64,000 nt of DNA from Planctomycetota bacterium (GTDB lineage: Bacteria; Planctomycetota; PLA2; JAEUHO01). The first letter of the stretch is position 1. Each line of letters starts with the position of its first letter. The DNA lies in assembly GCA_965222115.1 (NCBI GenBank), contig CBDCTJ010000007.1:2272001-2336000 (forward strand), in the 5' to 3' direction. Below the pieces are notes generated by a model. The model had not been told where the DNA came from. It searched no databases and saw nothing but the letters and a program-made list of their open reading frames with translations. Position numbers and translations under genes: made by a program. Positions 8,684 to 18,151 of this stretch are shown here, piece by piece.

Positions 8684-9164
8684 CCCCCGTTCCCCGTTAC
8701 CCCGACTCAACGGTGAGTGTTCGGTGATCGATTCGAGCCACTTTAAGACGTGGACGTCGAGAGCAAATGGCTTTGCCATTTGCACGAGACCCTGAGTAAG
8801 CACCAGCGGATCTCTGATCCGCGCAGTGCGCATCGAAGGGTGGACATGAACGATCGAGCCTTCCCTTTGCCGACCCGCTGGCGATGCCCCACGTCAACTT
8901 CAACGGCCCCGAAGGGGCCACGGAACAATAGCCCAGTGTGAAGCGCAAGCGCAGCGGCGCGTAACGCTGGGTTTAGATATCCCCTAAAAAGAGCCCACCC
9001 TGAATGGGTGGTGGAAACGCACGAGCATCGGGAAGCGGAATCTCGCATAAGCGATTCGCGGTCTTCATGGTGGAGATTGGAAACGTGTTCGTTGGAAGTG
9101 GCAGTTGCGGATGGTGACCGAGCACTACGCCATGAATGTGTGCATTTTGCCCGTACACCGTATC
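8684..9164 (+). repeat. Modular composite repeat, copy 2
   Basis: Near-identical to 4011-4350 (GAGAGCAAATGGCTTTGCC...; 46-bp core at 8927-8972) and ends in the 27-bp motif at 9138-9164. Confidence 0.88.
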
Positions 9165-9246
9165 TCCGTATCCCACGGGTGGGCGTAGCCGGTACGCAGG
9201 ATCTCTGAATCTGGTGGGAAGAAACACGGAAACGTCTCCCAGACCC

Positions 9247-9666
9247 TTAGTACCCCTTAGGGAGGAAGATGCTGGGCAGATCATTCTGGCTTGCCATTTC
9301 AACCAGCCCACTGGTCATTTCTGGACACACGTCATTGTCGCGTTTCGGATTTGACGACTTCACGGGCTCGGTTTTATGCAAACTATCAACGGTTCGTGTA
9401 TCGCCAGGTGTATCGCCCGATTTCATCCTTACGAATCTGGCGCCGATCCCAACAATGACCGCAGTACAGATCACTTGTAAGATCGGGAGCAGTGGGTACT
9501 GAATACCATCATGCTTCTTTAGAAATACCGCCGCTATGAGTCCAAGGCCTAGAATGGTACCGCCGATGGCCTGCACGATTTTGACGCGAGCGTTTGCAAG
9601 TATGCGAATGACTTCAGCGGCATCATCTTCTTTGACTTTTTGGATAAGTATGTGTTCAGCGTTCAT
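9247..9666 (-). CDS. Small two-TM membrane protein
   Basis: ATGA overlap with the upstream gene stop at 9663-9666, and two hydrophobic segments. Confidence 0.6.
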   Translation of the reverse strand: MNAEHILIQKVKEDDAAEVIRILANARVKIVQAIGGTILGLGLIAAVFLKKHDGIQYPLLPILQVICTAVIVGIGARFVRMKSGDTPGDTRTVDSLHKTEPVKSSNPKRDNDVCPEMTSGLVEMASQNDLPSIFLPKGY

Positions 9667-10148
9667 ACACCACTCGATTTCTTCTGCCCTTGTGATGTGA
9701 TCCAGAGTTCCGTGCGCCAAATCTCAAGCCGATTACCAAATGCCATGACCACCGCGCCGTTGGGATGTGTCGGTACGGCGTCCAGCACGCGGGCCCATCG
9801 CGGCAACTGAATAGTTAGGCGATCAGACTCAATGTGCAATCGCACGGGTCCGAAGTATCGAGTGGTCAGACCGGGCACCGAGGCTGGCGGCACGTCGTCG
9901 TCGAATTCGATCTCGTCATCCTCTGCTTGCTGCCACGGGCTCGTATCGGTGCCGGGCGCGTAGAGCACGAGCTTTCCACTCATTGCGACCCAGGCGACGG
10001 CGTCTTCGCCCTTTTTGAGCTCGTTGATCCACCGGACTTGCCGCGCAAACTCCAGCGGGACGCGCACACGATTTTGAGGTTCAACCTTCCGAAATTCGTG
10101 GCGGTGGGCATCGCTCACATTAACTCCTGCCAGCAGCTTGAGGTCCAT
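9663..10148 (-). CDS. MraZ-like (SpoVT/AbrB fold) DNA-binding protein
   Basis: VEPQNRVRVPLEFAR and AVVMAFGNRLEIWRTELW resemble the MraZ DxxxRxxxP and GxxxEIW motifs, and the length is similar to MraZ. Confidence 0.6.
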   Translation of the reverse strand: MDLKLLAGVNVSDAHRHEFRKVEPQNRVRVPLEFARQVRWINELKKGEDAVAWVAMSGKLVLYAPGTDTSPWQQAEDDEIEFDDDVPPASVPGLTTRYFGPVRLHIESDRLTIQLPRWARVLDAVPTHPNGAVVMAFGNRLEIWRTELWITSQGQKKSSGV

Positions 10149-10816
10149 TGATCATACATGAAATGGGAGCACAAATGAGCCTATATAAGCCTTTATCAGC
10201 CCAGATTATCGAATATACAAGATGTAGAACTATAAGATCGGTTTACCTACAAGATGCAGATTCAGGATCCAGGCGGTGGCCTGTGTCTACGGTTCGAATC
10301 AGTGGCCTTATTGCGAAACTGGTGTTTCCGCAGGCGACAACTCTCGCGCTCGCTCTTATGGCACGTAAGTAGATACGGTCTGATAGCGAATTGGACCTGA
10401 GGATCAAGATGGGGAACTGGTGGGAAGTGACCCATTCCGTCAGTCTTGAGCTGCAGATATTGGGTGCACATCGCGTGGACCGCGACATGAAGCCGAAGTG
10501 CGTCACTATTGGGCCGTGCAGAGGTGCTTCTGGAAACGACTCATCCGCCGGTTTGCGAGACGCAGCAGCAGCCGTTCAACGTCTATTTGGACGAATCCCG
10601 CCTCCGAACTTCGGGCGAGTGAACCGCCTCAGGGTGCTTCGTCTTCGTAGTGAAGACGATGCGTTGGCGACACATGTCGACTGCGTTTGTACCACCTTCA
10701 TGGAGAGCGCTGCGTACCCGCAACGCTTGGGCAGCATATCCGCCTTCTGCACGCTCGAGTTTCCTAGCAATGAAAAATGCGGTTTTTGCCCGTACACCGT
10801 ATCCCTTTCTGCATCT

Positions 10817-11782
10817 TTATCTGCTTGCTGTTGCTACCCGCACCCTTTCGACGAACCATGTCAACGTGTCCATGAAGGCGTCGAATGCGGACTCCGTACC
10901 GAGAACGCGATAGTCGAACGAAGGTCGCCGTGCCAGCGCGTCCTCGGGGATGGGGCGTACGCCAGGGATCCGATTGACGCGCTGCCGAAGCTCTTCGCGC
11001 AGTGCTTCGTCGTCGAATGGTCGACGTCTGAGCAAGTGCTGGAACACGACTTCCACGGGCCCGGTTGAATAGAAAGCAAAGGGCCAGATGCTGTCCTTGC
11101 AGTTGTGCGGGTCGTCGGGAACGGGCCATGAAAGGAACATGCTTCGTCGGCCAAAGCTGACGGTTCCGCCATTCGCGCCGCACCAGTCTGCAATGGATCG
11201 CAGCACCGGGACGAACTGCGGTCCTGCATCGTTCTCCACGTGCTGCAGGTACTCGTCGAGAGTCTTGGTGTGCTCGGGCGCCTTGACGATGGCTTTCGCC
11301 GTCGCCTGCCAATCATTGGGCCGGCACACCACAGTGAACACGGGTGCGGGATTGGAGTCGCCGATACGAACAGCCGATACCTCGACGCCAAAGAAGTGGA
11401 CTGAGGCATCGGTGTGTTCGTTCAGCCAGTCCAACGCCGCGCGATGCTCCTCACGTAGCTGCGGCGTTATCCACACGACTGCCGACGCGCCGATGCCGGC
11501 TGCGTATGTAAGGCATTGCCCTAGGTGAGTGTGGTCGCTGGACGCCAGTTGGTTCTCGATAGCGATTCGCGCGCCGGTACCCGACTCTGCAAGGATGTCG
11601 AGGGAGAACGCACCGACCGACATCTCTTGCTCGACAAGCGTGAGCCCGCCCACATCGAGTGCATCACCCAGTCGGTCGAGGTGAGCGGCCAGCCAAGGGG
11701 TAAAGTCTCTCGCTTCGTCCGGCCAGATCGTTCGCAGATCAACCGGTGTGAGAGATCCAAGTCTTTGGGGATCAAAGGTCAC
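10817..11782 (-). CDS. Predicted PD-(D/E)xK nuclease-like protein (N-terminus as in DUF4268-associated proteins)
   Basis: WPDEARDFTPWL...VGAFSLDILAE...IAIENQL...DHTHLGQCLTYAAG signature. Confidence 0.75.
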   Translation of the reverse strand: MTFDPQRLGSLTPVDLRTIWPDEARDFTPWLAAHLDRLGDALDVGGLTLVEQEMSVGAFSLDILAESGTGARIAIENQLASSDHTHLGQCLTYAAGIGASAVVWITPQLREEHRAALDWLNEHTDASVHFFGVEVSAVRIGDSNPAPVFTVVCRPNDWQATAKAIVKAPEHTKTLDEYLQHVENDAGPQFVPVLRSIADWCGANGGTVSFGRRSMFLSWPVPDDPHNCKDSIWPFAFYSTGPVEVVFQHLLRRRPFDDEALREELRQRVNRIPGVRPIPEDALARRPSFDYRVLGTESAFDAFMDTLTWFVERVRVATASR

Positions 11783-12059
11783 GGTTGCTCTCCATACAAG
11801 CTTGAAGCGATGGCATGTAGCTTAAGCGGACCCATGCGAGAACTCGACTCACATAGACAGCAGCATGTGGATATTGGAGAAGCGTCCTTGGCCGGCCATA
11901 GTCCCACTGATTGACTGCTGCTCGCGACGCTCCACGATTCACGCAGCTTGAGGCCGAACGCAGCACGTGGAAATCGCGTTGATGACTTGTTCACGTTTCA
12001 ACGCTGTTACGTGAGACAGTCTAGGTCAAGTCTCTTCGCTACTCAGCGGGCGCTCCCCG

Positions 12060-12329
12060 TCGACGTCAATGGCCCCAAAGGGGCCACGGAACAATAGCCC
12101 AGTGTGAAGCGCAAGCGCAGCGGCGCGTAACGCTGGGTTTAGACGTCCCTTAAATGGGGCCACCCTGCAGGGGTGGTGGAAACGCGCGGACATGGGACGC
12201 GGCATTCTGCGTAAGCGATTCGTCGTCCTGATGGTGGCGATTGGAGACGTGTTCGTCGGAAGTGGTCGTTGCGGAAGGTGACCGAGCACTACGCCATGAA
12301 AAGTGTGCATTTTGCCCGGACACCGTTTC
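12060..12329 (+). repeat. Modular composite repeat, partial copy 3
   Basis: 46-bp core at 12093-12138, CCACCCTGCAGGGTGG hairpin, and 27-bp motif at 12303-12329. Confidence 0.85.
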
Positions 12330-12449
12330 TCCGGTATCTCAGTGAATCTCAACCGCATCTCGCAAGACTTGTTGTCTGTATCAGTGAGTATGCTACCTAG
12401 CGTTGAATAGTCCAAGCAAATCGCTGAGGCGAATGAGAGTTGACCGACT

Positions 12450-14219
12450 ATGACTGCCCTGCCACCATCCCTTTACGGCTGTTTCTCCGACATCGATGAG
12501 AACGCATTGACGCTTTCGTTCATTGCGCTTTCCCATCGGATCGCAGCTGTCCTCGAACGATCCAATTTGAGTGGCGTTGAATTGCCAATCGTACAAGCCG
12601 AACATTTCGTCATTGGGCTCAGCTCCAGCAGATCATCTGGCAAGACTCGTTGGGGGCTGTACTTCGGGCCTCGTTGGACGATTGGAGCCACTGAGTTTCC
12701 AGATCGCGCCATGCTTTGCGCGGCATATCTGGACCATTGGGTATCGCGCTGCCGTGAATCTCAAGCACCTGTTCTGGTAGCTCGCTATGCAGATTCCGCA
12801 TGGGAGTTGCGTGGCGATGTAAAGGGAGCAAGAGTCGAAGTAGAAGTTGCGCACCGCGCTATATCGGCCTACTTGAAATGCGCACGTTCGCCCGAGCAGC
12901 CTTGGCAGCGAATTCGCAATTGTGAGCGAGCTCTTCAACTTGCAGTTTCACTCAGTGATGAGAAACTCGTTAGGCAAGCCCTCGATGCGATACTGGAAGT
13001 CGCTGGCCAATCTGCAGAGAGTGTTCCAGCCACCACAAACCGAGTGATCCGAACGTTGGTGGGATACCGCAAGAAGCTCGATCTTTCGGATCCACGAATC
13101 GAGGATCTTGCAGGCCAATTGGTCTCCAGCCTAGATGCCTTGGACTCGCCCATGCCGCCTGTCCCCAACTTTCCTCAACTGTGTAGCAATGTCAAGACCC
13201 TTCAGTCATACGAAGGCGCGCGCAATCGGCAAAGCGAAGCTGATGCTCATGTAGAGAGGCTCGCGGTAGGTGCAATGAGCATTGCGATTCATGTAGAACC
13301 TCCTTTGGCGGCGTCCTGGATTACTAACGCGATTGAATTGTGCACCAGCCCAAATCTGCGCGAAAGGCTGAATGAACTTCAGGTGGCTCTTGAGCAAGCC
13401 AATACCCTATCGATGGAGCACATGACTGAGTTCTCTACCCGCATGACGATCTCTCAGCAAGAACGTGCAGACTTTGAGCGCGACTTGGTGAAGGGGGGGC
13501 TTGTTCCCGCTGTGAGTCGCTGGCTGAGAATCTTCAGGCCGACAATGGACATGGCACGAGAGCGACTCAAGCAAGAGGCTACGCAGCACCCACTCTTGCA
13601 TCTGATTGAGACGAACGTCATGGACGGCAGACATGTCAGAGCGCGCGTTGGTGGAATCCTTGACGACGAAGTAGGGCAACTGGTTCACTCGCAGTCAGCG
13701 ACAATGGTATTTGAGGCGCCTTTCATGCGAATGGCCATGAATGCACTTCGTCGCGAGTTCAGCTTCGGAGCACACACGTTCGTAGCCTTGCTTCAGAACT
13801 CTGTGGCGTTTGACGGCCACAGGAGCACCATTTTCAATCTTGGGTTCGATCACTATGTCAGAGGGGATTATACTTCTGCAATTCACCTGTTAGTGCCTCA
13901 AGTCGAACACCTGTTCCGAGGTATACTCAAATCGTGCGGCGTGACGCGGAGCGTTCCTGCAGCGGATGGGAGTTACAAAGAACGGCAGCTCGGTGGCCTA
14001 CTCAAGCATACAGACATCAAGCGGCATGTGTCGGAAGACACACTCTGGTATACCGAATGTCTGCTGACGGATCCGCGTGGATGGAACCTCCGCAATAAGG
14101 TCTGTCACGCACTGATACCAGATAGCGAGTTCACGCGAACAGCTTGCGAGCGAGTGATCCACCTAACGATGTTGGTGGCGTTTGAGGCTCTGCCTAGTGG
14201 TAGCAGTGATGGCAAGTGA
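12450..14219 (+). CDS. DUF4209-domain protein with C-terminal HEPN-like RxxxxH motif
   Basis: AIHLLVPQVEHLFR...LLTDPRGWNLRNKVCH. GC content is lower than the flanks. Confidence 0.75.
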   Translation: MTALPPSLYGCFSDIDENALTLSFIALSHRIAAVLERSNLSGVELPIVQAEHFVIGLSSSRSSGKTRWGLYFGPRWTIGATEFPDRAMLCAAYLDHWVSRCRESQAPVLVARYADSAWELRGDVKGARVEVEVAHRAISAYLKCARSPEQPWQRIRNCERALQLAVSLSDEKLVRQALDAILEVAGQSAESVPATTNRVIRTLVGYRKKLDLSDPRIEDLAGQLVSSLDALDSPMPPVPNFPQLCSNVKTLQSYEGARNRQSEADAHVERLAVGAMSIAIHVEPPLAASWITNAIELCTSPNLRERLNELQVALEQANTLSMEHMTEFSTRMTISQQERADFERDLVKGGLVPAVSRWLRIFRPTMDMARERLKQEATQHPLLHLIETNVMDGRHVRARVGGILDDEVGQLVHSQSATMVFEAPFMRMAMNALRREFSFGAHTFVALLQNSVAFDGHRSTIFNLGFDHYVRGDYTSAIHLLVPQVEHLFRGILKSCGVTRSVPAADGSYKERQLGGLLKHTDIKRHVSEDTLWYTECLLTDPRGWNLRNKVCHALIPDSEFTRTACERVIHLTMLVAFEALPSGSSDGK

Positions 14220-14495
14220 GCATCCGCATCGCAATCGACATGGCCTACGAGGTCCGTGGCTCCAAGTCCGCGCGATCATCGATTCCGCCGCGAAGCGTAC
14301 TCCCCACAGTTGTGAGCTACTTGGTAGAAGGAACGAAGACAGGTTGGACGCGCAAGCTCATCGATGCGAGGATTTCTCCCTTCACGGCTAGTTGGTTGAG
14401 CCTGCAATCAAGGTAATGACTCAGCCACCACCGCATAGCTCCCATTCCACGCCCTCCGCGCTATCCTTTCTCCCCTGAGGTGAAGGAGTCCCCGC

Positions 14496-16832
14496 ATGAG
14501 CGCCAGTTTCTCTCAGACTGCCGCCTACATCTGGTCGCTGGCCGACCTCCTCCGCGGTGACTTCAAACAATCCCAGTACGGCCGCGTCATCCTCCCGTTC
14601 ACGATTCTTCGCCGGCTCGAATGCGTACTGGCGGACACAAAGGAACGCGTTCTCAAGGAAGTCGAGAAGCGCAAAGGACTGCCCGAAGACGCGCGTGAGA
14701 AGTTTCTTCTGAAGGCGGCGGGGGAGTCGTTCTTCAACACATCGCCGATGGATCTTTCAAAGCTCGGCAGCGCCGACATCAAGAGCAACTTAATTACCTA
14801 CGTGGAGAGTTTTTCGAAAGACGCCCGCGAGATCTTCGAACACTTCAAATTCAGCGACTTCGTCGAGCGGCTTGATGAGGCCAACTTGCTGTTCAAAGTA
14901 GTTCAGAAGGTTGCGACGACGGATCTGAGCCCTAAGAAGATCGACAACCACCACATGGGGCTCGTCTTTGAGGAGCTGATTCGGCGCTTTGCTGAGAGTT
15001 CCAACGAGACGGCCGGTGAGCACTTTACGCCGCGAGACATTGTGCGGCTGACGACTTCGCTAGTGTTTATGGAAGACAACGATGCCCTATCGGAGAAGGG
15101 GATCATTCGTACCATTTACGATCCCACTGCAGGGACGGGCGGGTTTCTTTCGGCGGGGATGGACTACGTGCACGAGCTCAATCCAAAGACGCTCATGCGG
15201 GCGTTTGGTCAGGAACTCAATCCCGAAAGTTACGCGATTTGCAAGGGAGATATGCTCATCAAGGGGCAGGAGGTAGGGCTCATCAAGTGGGGCAATACGC
15301 TCAGCGACGACCAACATGCGGGACAGAAGTTCGACTACATGCTCTCCAATCCTCCTTTTGGGGTGGACTGGAAGAAGGTCGAGGGGAAGGTCAAGGACGA
15401 GCACAGGCTCAAGGGCTTTGACGGTCGCTTTGGTCCCGGGCTGCCGCGCGTGAGCGATGGATCGCTGCTCTTCCTCATGCATCTGATTAGCAAGATGCGC
15501 GATTTCGATCCGAACGATAGCGACAAGAGCGGAGGGCGCATTGGCATCATTCTCAATGGATCGCCTCTGTTCACCGGTGGGGCTGGTAGTGGGGAGAGCG
15601 AAATTCGCCGCCATATTCTGGAGAGCGATCTGCTAGAGGCCATCGTGGCGCTGCCAACCGACATGTTTTACAACACCGGCATCGCGACTTATGTGTGGAT
15701 CTTGTCGAACAAGAAGGACAAGGAGCGTAAGGGCAAGGTTCAGCTAATCAATGCGGTGCACCTCTATAAGAAAATGCGCAAGAGCTTGGGATCGAAGCGC
15801 CAAGAACTGGGTGACGACGACATTGCGCTCATTACGAGGACGTTTGGCGCGTTTGAGCCCGTCGAGACGTACCGCCTTGACGAAGACGAGGACAAGTCGA
15901 ATAATAGCGGTCGTCCATCGAGGAAGAAGAAGAAAGAGAGACGCGTCTTTGGTTGCAAGATCTTCGATTCGCACGAGTTTGGGTATCGGCGAATCACGGT
16001 GGAGCGCCCCCTGAGGCTTTCGGCGCAGTTCACCGATGAGCGCATCGCAGAATTGCGTTTCGCAACGGGACGATTGAGCGCACCCATGCAGCGAATCTAT
16101 GAGCAGTACGGCGCCACATGGACCAAAGACGAGACCGGCGAAAGCTATGGCAGACTCGATGGCGTGGAGGACGAGGTGCGTGCCATGATTAAGGCCGACT
16201 TCAAGGAGCTGAAGGAGAAGCAGGTCAAGGAAGTGCTGGCCGCCAAGGCATGGTTGGCGCAGAGGGACTTGCTGGGCAAGGCCACGCGGCTTCAGTCGGT
16301 GATCGGTACCGAACAGTTCGACGATTTCAATGAGCTTGATGGTGTGCTCAAGGGAGCGCTCAAAGAGGCGTCTATCAAGCTGGAGGCGAAGGAGAAGAAG
16401 CAGCTCCTGAGTGCAATTACGTGGACCAATCCCGACGCGGAGCCCGTCGTCAAGAGGGTGCTCAAAACGAAGGCTGATTCCATGTACGGGGAGTTTGAGT
16501 ATCGCGGTCAGGTTGTTCAGTTTCAGCCAGATAGCAATCTTCGCGACAATGAGGATGTTCCGCTCACCGCTGAGACCGCGCGGGGCGTGAATGTGAATGC
16601 AGTGAATGAGACCTATTTCAACAAAGAAGTCGCACCGCACGTGAAGGACGCATGGATTGATGCCGGCAAGTGCGACGGGCGGGATGAGCAGATTGGGATT
16701 GTGGGCTATGAGATTCCGTTCAATCGTCACTTCTATCAGTACGAGCCGCCAAGGGACTTGAAGGAGATTGATGCGGACCTGGATGCGCTGAGTGCGAAGA
16801 TTATGGAGATGTTGCAGGAGGTGCGGGCTTGA
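14496..16832 (+). CDS. hsdM: Type I restriction-modification methyltransferase subunit M
   Basis: [31 protein letters not shown] and [11 protein letters not shown] motifs. Confidence 0.96.
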   Translation: MSASFSQTAAYIWSLADLLRGDFKQSQYGRVILPFTILRRLECVLADTKERVLKEVEKRKGLPEDAREKFLLKAAGESFFNTSPMDLSKLGSADIKSNLITYVESFSKDAREIFEHFKFSDFVERLDEANLLFKVVQKVATTDLSPKKIDNHHMGLVFEELIRRFAESSNETAGEHFTPRDIVRLTTSLVFMEDNDALSEKGIIRTIYDPTAGTGGFLSAGMDYVHELNPKTLMRAFGQELNPESYAICKGDMLIKGQEVGLIKWGNTLSDDQHAGQKFDYMLSNPPFGVDWKKVEGKVKDEHRLKGFDGRFGPGLPRVSDGSLLFLMHLISKMRDFDPNDSDKSGGRIGIILNGSPLFTGGAGSGESEIRRHILESDLLEAIVALPTDMFYNTGIATYVWILSNKKDKERKGKVQLINAVHLYKKMRKSLGSKRQELGDDDIALITRTFGAFEPVETYRLDEDEDKSNNSGRPSRKKKKERRVFGCKIFDSHEFGYRRITVERPLRLSAQFTDERIAELRFATGRLSAPMQRIYEQYGATWTKDETGESYGRLDGVEDEVRAMIKADFKELKEKQVKEVLAAKAWLAQRDLLGKATRLQSVIGTEQFDDFNELDGVLKGALKEASIKLEAKEKKQLLSAITWTNPDAEPVVKRVLKTKADSMYGEFEYRGQVVQFQPDSNLRDNEDVPLTAETARGVNVNAVNETYFNKEVAPHVKDAWIDAGKCDGRDEQIGIVGYEIPFNRHFYQYEPPRDLKEIDADLDALSAKIMEMLQEVRA

Positions 16833-18151
16833 ATGGCCGCTACTTGCCCCATCCTGAGTATCAAGACACGGGCCTCAACTGGTTAGGTCCTATTCCAGCG
16901 TCCTGGAAGCTCAGGCGACTAGGGAGCTGTTTTAGGGAGCGAAGGACGAAAGTCAGCGATAAGGAATACGCCCCATTGTCTGTCACCATGCAAGGAGTGG
17001 TTCCGCAACTAGAGAACGCAGCGAAAACCAAAGATGGAGACAACCGAAAGCTGGTTCTAGAAGGAGACTTCGTGATTAACAGCCGGTCCGATCGGAAGGG
17101 TTCATCAGGCGTATCTCCGCGAGATGGCTCAGTTTCCCTGATTAGCATCGTCCTTGAGCCAAAGGAGATTCTCCCCTCGTTTGCGCATCACCTATTGAGA
17201 AGCCGCGCCTTTCAGCAGGAGTTTTATCGTTACGGAAAAGGTATAGTCGCAGATCTCTGGAGCACGAATTACTCGGCAATGAGGAACATTCTTATTCCAC
17301 TGGTGCCCGTAACCGAACAAGCCCAAATCGCTAAGTTCCTCGACTACGAGACGGCGAAGATTGATGCGCTGATTGCGAAACAGCAGCAACTCATTGCCTT
17401 GCTCAAAGAGAAACGTCAGGCCGTCATCAGCCATGCGGTCACCAAAGGCTTGAACCCCGACGCCCCCATGCGCGACTCCGGCGTCGCATGGTTGGGGGAG
17501 GTGCCAGCGCATTGGAGTGTGGCTCGACTGAAGCATCACGTTTGTCAGATAGTCGATGGCGCTCACTTTACGCCCACCTATGTTGAGGTTGGTGTGCCGT
17601 TTCTGAGAGTCACAGACATCCAGACGTTTCCAATCGACGAGTTATCAATCAAGCGAATCCCGCGTGTCGAGCATCGAGAACTTGTCAAGCGGTGCCGCCC
17701 GGAGCGCGGTGATCTACTGTTATCGAAAAATGGGACCATAGGCGTGCCTAGAGTAGTCGATTGGGACTGGGAATTCAGCATCTTTGTCAGCCTGTGCCTT
17801 ATCAAGCTCAAGACCACAGTTAATGTGCGGTTTGCTTACTACGTCTTCCTGACACACCAGATTCGAGAGCAGATTGTCGGCCTCACGAAGCAGAGCACGG
17901 TGGTCAATCTGCATTTGGATAAGATCCAGAATTTCTGGCTCGCTCTCCCCGAATACGAAGAGCAGGTAGCTATCGTCCAGTACTTGGACGAAGAGGTCGA
18001 ACTGTATGATTTGCAGATAAGGCGCAACTTCGACATGATTGAACTCCTCCAGGAACGCCGCACCGCCCTCGTCTCCGCCGCCGTCACCGGCAAAATCGAC
18101 GTACGCAAGTGGAAGCCCCCCGCATCCAAGTCCAAGGCGGAAGTCGCATGA
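16829..18151 (+). CDS. hsdS: Type I R-M specificity subunit S
   Basis: Two TRDs, WLGPIPASW / WLGEVPAHW repeats, and [10 protein letters not shown]...AVTKGL and [10 protein letters not shown] conserved regions. TTGA overlap with hsdM. Confidence 0.95.
   Translation: MNGRYLPHPEYQDTGLNWLGPIPASWKLRRLGSCFRERRTKVSDKEYAPLSVTMQGVVPQLENAAKTKDGDNRKLVLEGDFVINSRSDRKGSSGVSPRDGSVSLISIVLEPKEILPSFAHHLLRSRAFQQEFYRYGKGIVADLWSTNYSAMRNILIPLVPVTEQAQIAKFLDYETAKIDALIAKQQQLIALLKEKRQAVISHAVTKGLNPDAPMRDSGVAWLGEVPAHWSVARLKHHVCQIVDGAHFTPTYVEVGVPFLRVTDIQTFPIDELSIKRIPRVEHRELVKRCRPERGDLLLSKNGTIGVPRVVDWDWEFSIFVSLCLIKLKTTVNVRFAYYVFLTHQIREQIVGLTKQSTVVNLHLDKIQNFWLALPEYEEQVAIVQYLDEEVELYDLQIRRNFDMIELLQERRTALVSAAVTGKIDVRKWKPPASKSKAEVA

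Noticed and set aside
10391-11068. 225-aa + strand ORF
   Set aside because: It overlaps the nuclease-like gene antisense, crosses a 27-bp motif and has no recognisable motifs.
1503-12329. Classical integron attC array or Xer/dif modules
   Set aside because: There is no intI. The motif lacks RYYYAAC/GTTRRRY ends and XerC/XerD arm consensus, and cargo genes occur in both orientations.
14216-14416. 66-aa ORF coupled by GTGA to DUF4209
   Set aside because: There is no recognisable family. It could be a remnant but cannot be supported.
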